Shown here: positions 56,628-64,000 of the stretch, piece by piece
Position numbering within the stretch: position 1 is the first letter of the stretch
Layout: each line of letters opens with the position of its first letter
Origin: Rhodocyclaceae bacterium
Lineage (GTDB): Bacteria; Pseudomonadota; Gammaproteobacteria; Burkholderiales; Rhodocyclaceae
Assembly (NCBI GenBank): GCA_035255045.1
Contig: DATFAA010000034.1
Location: 26,435-90,434 of the forward strand
Direction: 5' to 3'
Length of the DNA stretch: 64,000 nucleotides
Position numbers and translations under genes: made by a program
The notes under the pieces: generated by a model
Database searches by the model: none
Seen by the model: the letters and a program-made list of their open reading frames with translations, nothing else
Told to the model about the DNA's origin: nothing

Positions 56628-57464
56628 ATGCTCACCACCGAAGACCATCGGCGCGACAGCGCCGGCATGACCTACGTCTATCCAGTAATTTCCCGCCGCG
56701 CCCGGGGGGTGTCGGTCGGCGTGAACCTCAATGTGAACAACGCCTGCAATTGGGCCTGCGCCTATTGCCAGGTAGAGGGGCTGACCAAGGGCGGGCCGCC
56801 GCCCATCGACCTGGGCCGCTTGGCGGACGAACTCGGCCGCTTCTTGGACGATGCCATCCACGGCGATTTCATGGCCAGGGCGGTGCCGCCGGAGTCCCGG
56901 CGCCTCATGGATGTCGCGTTTTCGGGCAATGGCGAGCCCACCAGTGCGCCGGAGTTTCCCGATGCGGTCCGCATCGTGCGGGATGCCCTGGCGGCCCGGG
57001 GCTTGTTGCCGGAAGTGAAGATCCGCCTCATCACCAACGGCAGCCTGATGCACCGCCAGGCGGTGCAGGAGGGTGTGCGGGCGATCGGCGCGGCCGGCGG
57101 CGAGGTCTGGTTCAAGGTGGACCGGGTCGGCGAGGAAGCCACCCGCGCGGTCAACGGCGTTCCCGTGGCGCCGGCTACGGCGCAGCGCAATCTTGAAATC
57201 TGCGCGGGCCTTGCCCCCACCTGGGTGCAGACCTGCTGGCTCGCCATGGACGGCGAAGCTCCATCCCAGGCCGATCGGGATGCCTATTGCGACTTCCTGA
57301 AGCCGTTGGGTGCCCGCCTGGCCGGCATCCACCTCTACGGTCTGGCGCGGCCATCCCTGCAGCCCGGCGCCGAGCGGCTCGGCCGGCTCGATGCCGGAGT
57401 GCTGGAAGCCTTCGCCGCCGAGATAGAGGATAAGACAGGCATCAGGGTGCTGGTCAGCCCCTGA
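56628..57464 (+). CDS. radical SAM protein, unknown specificity
   Basis: MLTTEDHRRD...NLNVNNACNWACAYCQV contains the CxxxCxxC cluster motif, and AFSGNGEPT is the SAM-binding GGE-like motif. The gene is divergent from queD across a 48-bp gap. Confidence 0.8.
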   Translation: MLTTEDHRRDSAGMTYVYPVISRRARGVSVGVNLNVNNACNWACAYCQVEGLTKGGPPPIDLGRLADELGRFLDDAIHGDFMARAVPPESRRLMDVAFSGNGEPTSAPEFPDAVRIVRDALAARGLLPEVKIRLITNGSLMHRQAVQEGVRAIGAAGGEVWFKVDRVGEEATRAVNGVPVAPATAQRNLEICAGLAPTWVQTCWLAMDGEAPSQADRDAYCDFLKPLGARLAGIHLYGLARPSLQPGAERLGRLDAGVLEAFAAEIEDKTGIRVLVSP

Positions 57465-57609
57465 TGCCTGGGGAGTCCATGGCCGAAGCTTGGCTCAACC
57501 CACTTCCGCCGGCCCCGGGCGCTTGCCGCATCGATTGAGCGGCCGCTCTCCCCGGGCTGCCCATGGGCCTCCCGCTGTTCGTGCCCAACGACCCCGTGGG
57601 GCTTGCCCG

Positions 57610-57918
57610 TCAGGCGGCCTTCTTGGCCTTGGAGCGGGCGGACTTCTTCAGGGTCTTGTAAAGCTCGGGTTCCTGGCTCTTCAGGTAGTCGATGACTTCC
57701 TGGTCTTCCCGCTTGATGTTCTTGATGTCGATCTGCTCGACGTGAACCAGGCGCAGCAGCTCACGTACCGGCTTCGGCATGTTGCGGCCGCTCTCGTAGC
57801 GGGAACCGCCACTCTGGGTGACGCCGATGGTGGACCAGAATTGTTGCTGGTTCAGACCCAGCTTGCGACGAATTTCACGCGGGTCGATCTTCTCGATAGT
57901 CTTCATGGTGCTCATCAT
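57610..57918 (-). CDS. small XRE/Cro-type HTH DNA-binding protein with Lys-rich tail
   Basis: IRRKLGLNQQQFWSTIGVTQSGGSRYESGR is a Cro/C1 HTH. The tail is KKSARSKAKKAA. The gene and its upstream region are visibly AT-richer than the window. The true start may be an internal Met. Confidence 0.75.
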   Translation of the reverse strand: MMSTMKTIEKIDPREIRRKLGLNQQQFWSTIGVTQSGGSRYESGRNMPKPVRELLRLVHVEQIDIKNIKREDQEVIDYLKSQEPELYKTLKKSARSKAKKAA

Positions 57919-57967
57919 TCAATCTCCATACGCGAGCGGTTTGTGAATACCCACGCATCCTATGGGC

Positions 57968-57997
57968 GTATGACTTAGGTCATACAACGAATTGTAT
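57968..57997. promoter_or_regulatory. two overlapping palindromes, candidate operator of the XRE regulator
   Basis: GTATGAC-TTAG-GTCATAC (57968-57985) and ATACAA-CGAA-TTGTAT (57982-57997). They lie 50-80 bp upstream of the XRE start in an AT-rich gap. Confidence 0.4.
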
Positions 57998-58227
57998 AGT
58001 TCAATCGGCAATATTTGCAAGTGGCATTGAAAAATATGCTTGGAATTTCCTGCGCCGCCCGGGTGCTTCTAAGTCGCTGTATATGCGTCGAAATGTGCTT
58101 TGATGCGGCCATTCGGAATGACCCGGCCGGCTATGCGCGACGAATTTTGCGGCGCTAGCCGGTGTCTTTTCCAAAGCCACGGGATGCTCTAATATCGGTT
58201 TCGAACGTCGGAAACGGGAGAGATTGA

Positions 58228-58677
58228 ATGCAGGTGAGGGAGATTGTTCGTATCAAGGGCGAGGCGCTGTTTACCTCCTCGCCGCAGCAGTCGCTGGCCG
58301 ATGCGGTGGACACCATGGCGGAGCACGATGTCGGTTCCCTGGTGGTCATGGGGTCCGGCAAGATGGTTGGCATGCTGACCTTCCGCGAAGTCCTGAAGGC
58401 GGTGAAGAAGCACGGCGGCAATCTCGGCTCGCTCACCGTCGGCGACGTCATGGTGGCCGACCCGGTTACCGCCTATCCCGACATGGAGGCCAACGAGCTG
58501 CGCCGCCTCATGATCGACAAGCACTCCCGCTACCTGCCGGTGATGGACGGCACCACCCTGATGGGCGTGATTTCCTTCCTCGATGTGGCCAAGGCGGTTC
58601 TCGAAGAGCAGAGCTTCGAGAACAAGATGCTGAAGAGCTACATCAAGAACTGGCCCGACGAATCGGAAAAGGCCTGA
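58228..58677 (+). CDS. CBS-domain-pair protein
   Basis: Two CBS repeats (DAVDTMAEHDVGSLVVM...GMLTFREV and ELRRLMIDKHSRYLPVMD...GVISFLDV). Confidence 0.85.
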   Translation: MQVREIVRIKGEALFTSSPQQSLADAVDTMAEHDVGSLVVMGSGKMVGMLTFREVLKAVKKHGGNLGSLTVGDVMVADPVTAYPDMEANELRRLMIDKHSRYLPVMDGTTLMGVISFLDVAKAVLEEQSFENKMLKSYIKNWPDESEKA

Positions 58678-58684
58678 GGGCCTT

Positions 58685-58843
58685 TCAGCGGCTGTCCCAG
58701 CCGTAGCGCTTGGTGCGCTGCCAGCGCTGGTCGGCCTGCAGACGCGGATCGGCCTTGCCGGTGGCGGGCCCCTGGGATGGGCCGGGGCGGTTCCGAGGCG
58801 GGGCCGGCGAGGGCGGGACGGGCTTCTTGCGGGTTTTCGGCAT
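58685..58843 (-). CDS. 52-aa basic Pro/Arg-rich hypothetical protein
   Basis: AGGAG lies 7 nt upstream of the ATG. The product is MPKTRKKPVPPSPAPPRNRPGPSQGPATGKADPRLQADQRWQRTKRYGWDSR, with high GC3. I recognise no family. Confidence 0.4.
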   Translation of the reverse strand: MPKTRKKPVPPSPAPPRNRPGPSQGPATGKADPRLQADQRWQRTKRYGWDSR

Positions 58844-58880
58844 GATAAACTCCTGAGCCCATTCTAGACCCTGTGCAGCC

Positions 58881-59981
58881 ATGTCCGGCAATACCTTCGG
58901 TACCCTTTTTTCCGTTACTTCCTTCGGCGAATCCCACGGCCCCGCCATCGGCTGCGTGGTGGATGGCTGTCCTCCGGGGCTGGAGATTTCCGAGGCCGAC
59001 ATCCAGGCCGACCTGGACCGGCGCAAGCCCGGTACTTCCCGGCACGTGACCCAGCGCCGGGAGCCGGACACGGTGGAGATCCTCTCCGGGGTATTCGAAG
59101 GCCGCACCACCGGCACCCCCATCGCCCTCCTGATCCGCAACCAGGACCAGCGCAGCAAGGACTACGGCAACATCGCCGACACCTTCCGGCCGGGGCACGC
59201 CGACTACACCTACACCCAGAAATACGGCTTCCGGGACTACCGGGGTGGCGGCCGCTCCTCGGCCCGGGAAACCGCCGTCCGGGTGGCGGCCGGGGCCATC
59301 GCCCGCAAGTGGCTGCAGGAGCGCTACGGCGTCACGGTGCGCGGCTGGATGAGCGCCCTGGGGCCCATCGACATTCCCTTCGTCGCCGCCGCCGACATCG
59401 ACGGCAATGCCTTCTTCGCCCCCAACGCCGGCATCGTGCCGCAGCTGGAGGCCTACATGGACGAGCTGCGCAAGTCCCTGGATTCGGTCGGCGCACGCAT
59501 CACGGTGACCGCCGACGGCGTGCCGCCGGGCTGGGGCGAGCCCGTCTTCGACCGCCTCGATGCTGAGATTGCCTATGCCATGATGGGCATCAATGCCGTC
59601 AAGGGGGTCGAGATCGGCGCCGGCTTCGCTTCCGTGGCCCAGAAGGGCAGCGAGCACGGCGACGAGATGACGCCCCTGGGCTTCGCCAGCAACCACGCCG
59701 GCGGCATCCTGGGCGGCATATCCACCGGCCAGCAGGTCGTGGTCAATCTGGCCATCAAGCCGACTTCCTCCATCGCCCAGCCCCGCCGTTCCATCGACCG
59801 CCAGGGCAATGCCATCGAGGTGGCGACCCAGGGGCGCCATGATCCCTGTGTCGGCATCCGGGCCACCCCCATCGCCGAGGCCATGCTGGCCCTGGTCCTC
59901 ATGGACCACGCGCTGCGCCACCGCGCCCAGTGCGGCGACGTGGTCTGTTCGACTCCCAGGATTCCGGGCGCGGCGGCATAG
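58881..59981 (+). CDS. aroC: chorismate synthase
   Basis: [33 protein letters not shown]...[27 protein letters not shown]. Confidence 0.95.
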   Translation: MSGNTFGTLFSVTSFGESHGPAIGCVVDGCPPGLEISEADIQADLDRRKPGTSRHVTQRREPDTVEILSGVFEGRTTGTPIALLIRNQDQRSKDYGNIADTFRPGHADYTYTQKYGFRDYRGGGRSSARETAVRVAAGAIARKWLQERYGVTVRGWMSALGPIDIPFVAAADIDGNAFFAPNAGIVPQLEAYMDELRKSLDSVGARITVTADGVPPGWGEPVFDRLDAEIAYAMMGINAVKGVEIGAGFASVAQKGSEHGDEMTPLGFASNHAGGILGGISTGQQVVVNLAIKPTSSIAQPRRSIDRQGNAIEVATQGRHDPCVGIRATPIAEAMLALVLMDHALRHRAQCGDVVCSTPRIPGAAA

Positions 59982-60016
59982 GCCGGCCCCATGGACGCAT
60001 CCGGTAGAATTGCCGG

Positions 60017-61180
60017 ATGCATCCTCTGCCCTACTGGCGCCTCTCGGGCTATTACTTCTTCTACTTCGCCTTCGTCGGCGCCTTCTCGCCCTATTTCGGG
60101 CTCTATCTCCAATCCCTGAACTTCTCCGCCTGGGACATCGGCCTGCTGATGTCCCAGATGCAGCTCATGCGCCTGGTAGGCCCCAACGTCTGGGGCTGGC
60201 TGGCGGACCGCGGGCATCGGCGCATTCCCATCGTCCGCCTGGCCGGGGCGGTGAGCCTCCTGGGCTTCACCACTTTCTTCTGGCTGCAGGGCCTCGCCGG
60301 CATGATGGTGGCCATGACCGTCATGGCCTTCTTCTGGAGTGCCGCCCTGCCGCTCATGGAGACCCTCACCTTCGACCATCTGCGGGACGAGAAGGGGCGC
60401 TACAGCCGCATCCGGCTGTGGGGGTCCATCGGCTTCATCCTGGCGGTCATGGGTACCGGCCGGCTCCTGGACTGGGCGCCCCTGTCCAGCGTGCTGTGGG
60501 TCTGCTGGGGTGTATTGGCCGGCATCCTGGCGGTCGCCCTCACCGTGCCGGAGGTGGCGGCCCTCAAGCCCCACGAGGACACCCCGGGCATCGGCCATAT
60601 CCTGCGCCAGCCCCGGGTGCGGGCCCTGCTGGCGGCCTGCTTCGCCATGTCGGCGGCCCACGGCGCCCTCTACGTCTTCTACTCCATCCATCTCGCCGAC
60701 CACGGCTACAACAAGACCGGCGTCGGCCTCCTGTGGTCCCTGGGGGTGGTGGCGGAAATCTTCGTCTTCCTGTTCATGGCCCGCCTGTCCAGCCGCTACT
60801 CCCTGCGCGCCATCCTCCTGGCCAGTTTCGGGGCGGCGGTGGTGCGCTTCCTGCTGATCGGCTGGGGGGTGGAATCGATATTGCTCACTGTCCTTGCCCA
60901 GCTCATGCACGGCCTGACCTTCGGCTCCTACCATGCGGCCGCCATCGCCGCGGTGAACCAGTGGTTTCCGGGACGGGTCCAAGGGCGGGGCCAGGCCATG
61001 TACTCGAGCCTCAGCTTCGGGGCGGGCGGCCTGCTGGGCGGATTGGTGAGCGGGTGGACCTGGGACCGGATCGGCGCGGCATGGACCTACACTTTGAGTT
61101 CGGCCTTCGCCCTGGCAGGGCTGCTGCTGATCCTGGTCTGGGTGCGGAATGAACAAGGCGTCGATGCCGGTAAGGAGTGA
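60017..61180 (+). CDS. MFS transporter (HcaT / MFS_1-like family)
   Basis: 12 TM segments. The N-terminus YWRLSGYYFFYFAFVGAFSPYFGLYL is typical of the 3-phenylpropionate-permease-like MFS clade. Confidence 0.8.
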   Translation: MHPLPYWRLSGYYFFYFAFVGAFSPYFGLYLQSLNFSAWDIGLLMSQMQLMRLVGPNVWGWLADRGHRRIPIVRLAGAVSLLGFTTFFWLQGLAGMMVAMTVMAFFWSAALPLMETLTFDHLRDEKGRYSRIRLWGSIGFILAVMGTGRLLDWAPLSSVLWVCWGVLAGILAVALTVPEVAALKPHEDTPGIGHILRQPRVRALLAACFAMSAAHGALYVFYSIHLADHGYNKTGVGLLWSLGVVAEIFVFLFMARLSSRYSLRAILLASFGAAVVRFLLIGWGVESILLTVLAQLMHGLTFGSYHAAAIAAVNQWFPGRVQGRGQAMYSSLSFGAGGLLGGLVSGWTWDRIGAAWTYTLSSAFALAGLLLILVWVRNEQGVDAGKE

Positions 61181-61183
61181 AAA

Positions 61184-62023
61184 ATGAAGCCTGCCATGCA
61201 AGATTTTCATATTCTGCGGCGCTGGGGATATGGCCTGGTGCTGGCCCTTTTCCTCTCGGGCTGCGCCACCGAGCGCTCCACCCAGCCCGGCACGGTCGGG
61301 ATCGAGCGCAAGCAGACCCTGTGGGTGTCGGCTGACGAGGTGAACCAGGCCTCCCTCCAGGCCTATCGGGAGGTCCTCCAGAAGGCCGGTCAGGGCCAGG
61401 AACTGGACCGCAATCCCCGGGAAGTGGCGCGGGTCAAGGCCATCGCCCAGCGCCTCATCCCCGCCACCGCCGCCTTCCGGCCCGACGCCCCGGGCTGGAA
61501 GTGGGAGGTCCATGTCATCAATTCCGACGAGATGAACGCCTGGTGCATGCCGGGGGGCAAGATCGCCGTCTATTCCGGCCTCATCGAAAAGCTCAACCTC
61601 ACCGACGATGAGCTGGCGGCGGTGATGGGCCACGAAATCGCCCACGCCCTGCGGGAGCACGGCCGCGAGCGCGCCTCCCAGGCCATGGCCACCGGCCTCG
61701 GCCTGTCGGTGCTGGGCGCCGCCGTCGGCGCCAGCCAGGGGCAGCTCGATCTGGCCAAGCTGATGACGGACCTCACCATCAGCCTGCCCAACAGCCGCGG
61801 CTTCGAGACCGAGGCCGACCGCATTGGTGTCGAACTGGCGGCCCGGGCCGGCTACGATCCCCGGGCGGCGCTTAGCCTGTGGCAGAAGATGACCAAGGCC
61901 GATAGCGGCGGCGCGCCGCCCCAGTGGCTGTCCACCCACCCCTCCCACGAGAACCGCCAAAAGGACCTCAAGGACTACTCCGAGCGGGTCATGCCCCTGT
62001 ACGAGGCTGCGCATAAGCACTAA
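61184..62023 (+). CDS. M48-family zinc metallopeptidase lipoprotein (LoiP/YcaL-like)
   Basis: Lipobox LSGC, HEIAHAL zinc motif, and downstream ETEADRIG. Confidence 0.85.
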   Translation: MKPAMQDFHILRRWGYGLVLALFLSGCATERSTQPGTVGIERKQTLWVSADEVNQASLQAYREVLQKAGQGQELDRNPREVARVKAIAQRLIPATAAFRPDAPGWKWEVHVINSDEMNAWCMPGGKIAVYSGLIEKLNLTDDELAAVMGHEIAHALREHGRERASQAMATGLGLSVLGAAVGASQGQLDLAKLMTDLTISLPNSRGFETEADRIGVELAARAGYDPRAALSLWQKMTKADSGGAPPQWLSTHPSHENRQKDLKDYSERVMPLYEAAHKH

Positions 62024-62074
62024 AGATGCCGTCCCTGTGCCATAATTCAAAGCTTTACGGCCTTTGTTCGGATC

Positions 62075-63481
62075 ATGCCGAAGACTCTTTACGACAAGCT
62101 TTGGGAGAGCCACGTTGTCCATCAGGAGGATGACGGCACCGCGCTCATCTATATCGACCGTCACCTCATCCACGAAGTGACCAGCCCCCAGGCCTTCGAA
62201 GGCCTGAAACTGGCCGGCCGCAAGCCCTGGCGCATTTCCAGCATCGTCGCCACCGCCGACCACAATACGCCCACCGACCATTGGGACGAGGGCATCAAGG
62301 ACCCCATCTCCCGCCTCCAGGTGGAAACCCTGGACGCCAACATCCGCGAGGTCGGCGCCCTGGCCTACTTCCCCTTCAAGGATGCGCGCCAAGGCATCGT
62401 CCACGTGGTGGGCCCCGAGAACGGCGCCACCCTGCCGGGGATGACCGTCGTCTGCGGCGATTCCCACACCTCCACCCACGGCGCCTTCGCCTGCATGGCC
62501 CATGGCATCGGCACCTCCGAGGTGGAGCACGTGCTGGCCACCCAGTGCCTGGTGCAGAAGAAGTCCAAGACCATGCTGGTCAGCGTAGACGGCCGCCTGG
62601 GCAAGGGCGTCACCGCCAAGGACATCGCCCTGGCCGTCATCGCCACCATCGGCACTGCCGGCGGCACCGGCTACGCCATCGAGTTCGGCGGCACCGCCAT
62701 CCGCGGCCTCTCCATGGAGGGCCGCATGACCCTCTGCAACATGGCCATCGAGGGCGGCGCCCGGATGGGCTTCGTGGCGGTGGACGACATCACCATCGAC
62801 TACCTGCGTGGCCGCTCCTTCTCCCCCAAGGGCGAGAACTGGGACAGGGCCGTGGCCTACTGGCGCACCCTCAAGTCGGACGAGGGCGCGAGGTTCGACC
62901 GAGTCGTCAGCCTCAAGGCCGAGGACATCCAGCCCCAGGTCACCTGGGGTACCTCGCCGGAGATGGTGGTGGCGGTCGGCGCCGTCGTTCCCGATCCCGC
63001 CAAGCAGGCCGATCCGGTCAAGCGGGAAGGCATGGAGCGGGCCCTCCAGTACATGGGCCTCAATCCCAATACCCCGATCAAGGACATCCAGGTCGACAAG
63101 ATCTTCATCGGCTCCTGCACCAATTCCCGCATCGAAGACCTGCGGGAGGCGGCTTCCGTTGCCAAGGGCCGCCACGTCGCGGCCAACGTCAAGCTCGCCC
63201 TGGTGGTGCCCGGCTCCGGCCTGGTCAAGCGCCAGGCCGAGGAAGAGGGGCTGGACAAGATTTTCGTCGCCGCCGGCTTCGAGTGGCGGGAACCCGGCTG
63301 CTCCATGTGCCTGGCCATGAACGCCGACCGCCTGGAGCCGGGGGAGCGCTGCGCTTCCACCTCCAACCGCAATTTCGAGGGCCGCCAGGGCCCCGGCGGC
63401 AGGACCCATCTCGTCAGCCCGGCCATGGCCGCCGCAGCGGCCATCGCGGGCCACTTCGCCGACGTCCGTGAACTAATCTGA
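62075..63481 (+). CDS. leuC: 3-isopropylmalate dehydratase large subunit
   Basis: [15 protein letters not shown]...[15 protein letters not shown]...[13 protein letters not shown]...[12 protein letters not shown]. Confidence 0.95.
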   Translation: MPKTLYDKLWESHVVHQEDDGTALIYIDRHLIHEVTSPQAFEGLKLAGRKPWRISSIVATADHNTPTDHWDEGIKDPISRLQVETLDANIREVGALAYFPFKDARQGIVHVVGPENGATLPGMTVVCGDSHTSTHGAFACMAHGIGTSEVEHVLATQCLVQKKSKTMLVSVDGRLGKGVTAKDIALAVIATIGTAGGTGYAIEFGGTAIRGLSMEGRMTLCNMAIEGGARMGFVAVDDITIDYLRGRSFSPKGENWDRAVAYWRTLKSDEGARFDRVVSLKAEDIQPQVTWGTSPEMVVAVGAVVPDPAKQADPVKREGMERALQYMGLNPNTPIKDIQVDKIFIGSCTNSRIEDLREAASVAKGRHVAANVKLALVVPGSGLVKRQAEEEGLDKIFVAAGFEWREPGCSMCLAMNADRLEPGERCASTSNRNFEGRQGPGGRTHLVSPAMAAAAAIAGHFADVRELI

Positions 63482-63497
63482 GCCCGGGAGGAAATCC

Positions 63498-63626
63498 ATG
63501 AAGAAAATCGCTTGCGTGCTTTTCGCCATCGCTTCCGTCATCTCCCTGTCTGCCTGCAATACCGTGCAGGGCATCGGCAAGGACATCGAGAAGGGTGGCG
63601 AAGCCATCCAGAAAGCAGGTAGGTAA
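63498..63626 (+). CDS. entericidin A/B-family small lipoprotein
   Basis: It is not in the ORF track (42 aa). GGGAGG Shine-Dalgarno sequence. The product is MKKIACVLFAIASVISLSACNTVQGIGKDIEKGGEAIQKAGR, with lipobox LSAC and the NTxxGxGKD entericidin core. Confidence 0.75.
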   Translation: MKKIACVLFAIASVISLSACNTVQGIGKDIEKGGEAIQKAGR

Positions 63627-63632
63627 GGGCCA

Positions 63633-64000
63633 ATGGAAAAGTTTGTACGTTTGGACGGGCTGGTGGCCCCCCTCGACCGCAACAACGTCGATACCGATGC
63701 CATCATCCCCAAGCAGTTCCTGAAGTCGATCAAGCGCTCGGGCTTCGGCCCCAATGCCTTCGACGAGTGGCGCTACATGGACGTCGGCCAGCCGGGGCAG
63801 GATTGCTCCCAGCGGCCGAAGAATCCCAATTTCGTCCTCAACCAGCCCCGCTACCAGGGCGCCCAGATCCTGCTCACCCGCCAGAACTTCGGTTGCGGCT
63901 CCTCCCGGGAGCACGCGCCCTGGGCCCTGCTCGACTATGGCTTCCGGGCCATCATCGCCGAGTCCTTCGCCGACATCTTCTTCAACAACTGCTTCAAGAA
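63633..64000 (+). CDS. leuD: 3-isopropylmalate dehydratase small subunit (3' end beyond window)
   Basis: My own translation is [48 protein letters not shown]...[14 protein letters not shown]. The frame is open to the window end. Confidence 0.9.
   Translation, partial: MEKFVRLDGLVAPLDRNNVDTDAIIPKQFLKSIKRSGFGPNAFDEWRYMDVGQPGQDCSQRPKNPNFVLNQPRYQGAQILLTRQNFGCGSSREHAPWALLDYGFRAIIAESFADIFFNNCFK

Noticed and set aside
59573-63454. 1293-aa minus-strand ORF spanning aroC to leuC
   Set aside because: It runs antisense to five well-supported plus-strand genes (aroC, MFS, M48, leuC). Its composition is low-complexity Gly/Ala/Arg/Asp/His with no recognisable domain. It is a high-GC artefact.

Overview
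A high-GC, densely packed chromosomal segment. Gene content and protein similarities fit a betaproteobacterium; Rhodocyclales-like is my guess and cannot be verified here. I call about 62 protein genes, many translationally coupled through ATGA, GTGA or TAATG overlaps. I recognised no rRNA, tRNA, CRISPR array, transposase, integrase or phage genes, so this reads as core or accessory-metabolic DNA rather than a mobile island.

Gene order, left to right:
- HlyD-type adaptor (cut by the window edge).
- TetR-controlled RND efflux operon (MFP-RND-OMF) with an appended alpha/beta hydrolase.
- pldA, two small proteins, hslR.
- Two PAS-GGDEF-EAL genes flanking a hemerythrin.
- Lysyl-oxidase-like lipoprotein next to a Csp3-type Cys-rich copper-storage protein.
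- Small secreted OB-fold-like protein, sqr and a DsrC/TusE-like protein, a stand-alone WYL protein.
- Histidine kinase whose N-terminus is a plant-type ethylene-binding domain.
- modABC and cspA.
- Complete Gram-negative stressosome operon (globin-RsbR, RsbS, RsbT, RsbX, RsbU_N-histidine kinase).
- Triple-PAS kinase, an Rcp1-like receiver and a membrane-fused spermidine-synthase-like protein.
- Nitroreductase.
- Cell-wall or polysaccharide operon (CE4 deacetylase, DUF4015 hydrolase, beta-lactamase-fold/NamZ fusion).
- Cache-PAS kinase.
- LysR plus D-malate/tartrate dehydrogenase plus an orphan TRAP binding protein.
- NhaD/ArsB-type permease.
- N-terminally truncated KdpD-like kinase plus KdpE-like regulator, then fixABCX and a sirtuin.
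- Cytochrome b plus a Tat-lipoprotein Mo-oxidoreductase, and a small secreted protein with a Gly/His/Asp-rich tail.
- A third PAS-GGDEF-EAL gene.
- queD with a divergent radical-SAM gene.
- AT-richer XRE regulator locus, CBS protein, small basic ORF, aroC, MFS transporter, M48 protease.
- leuC, entericidin, leuD (partial).

Most worth a second look:
- The ethylene-receptor-like kinase.
- The heme-globin stressosome wired to two-component output.
- The LOX/Csp3 copper pair.
- The AmiE-like/NamZ fusion operon.
- Four paralogous Cph1-type kinase cores with only one adjacent receiver.

All functional calls rest on my own reading of the translations and on remembered family motifs. No searches were run.
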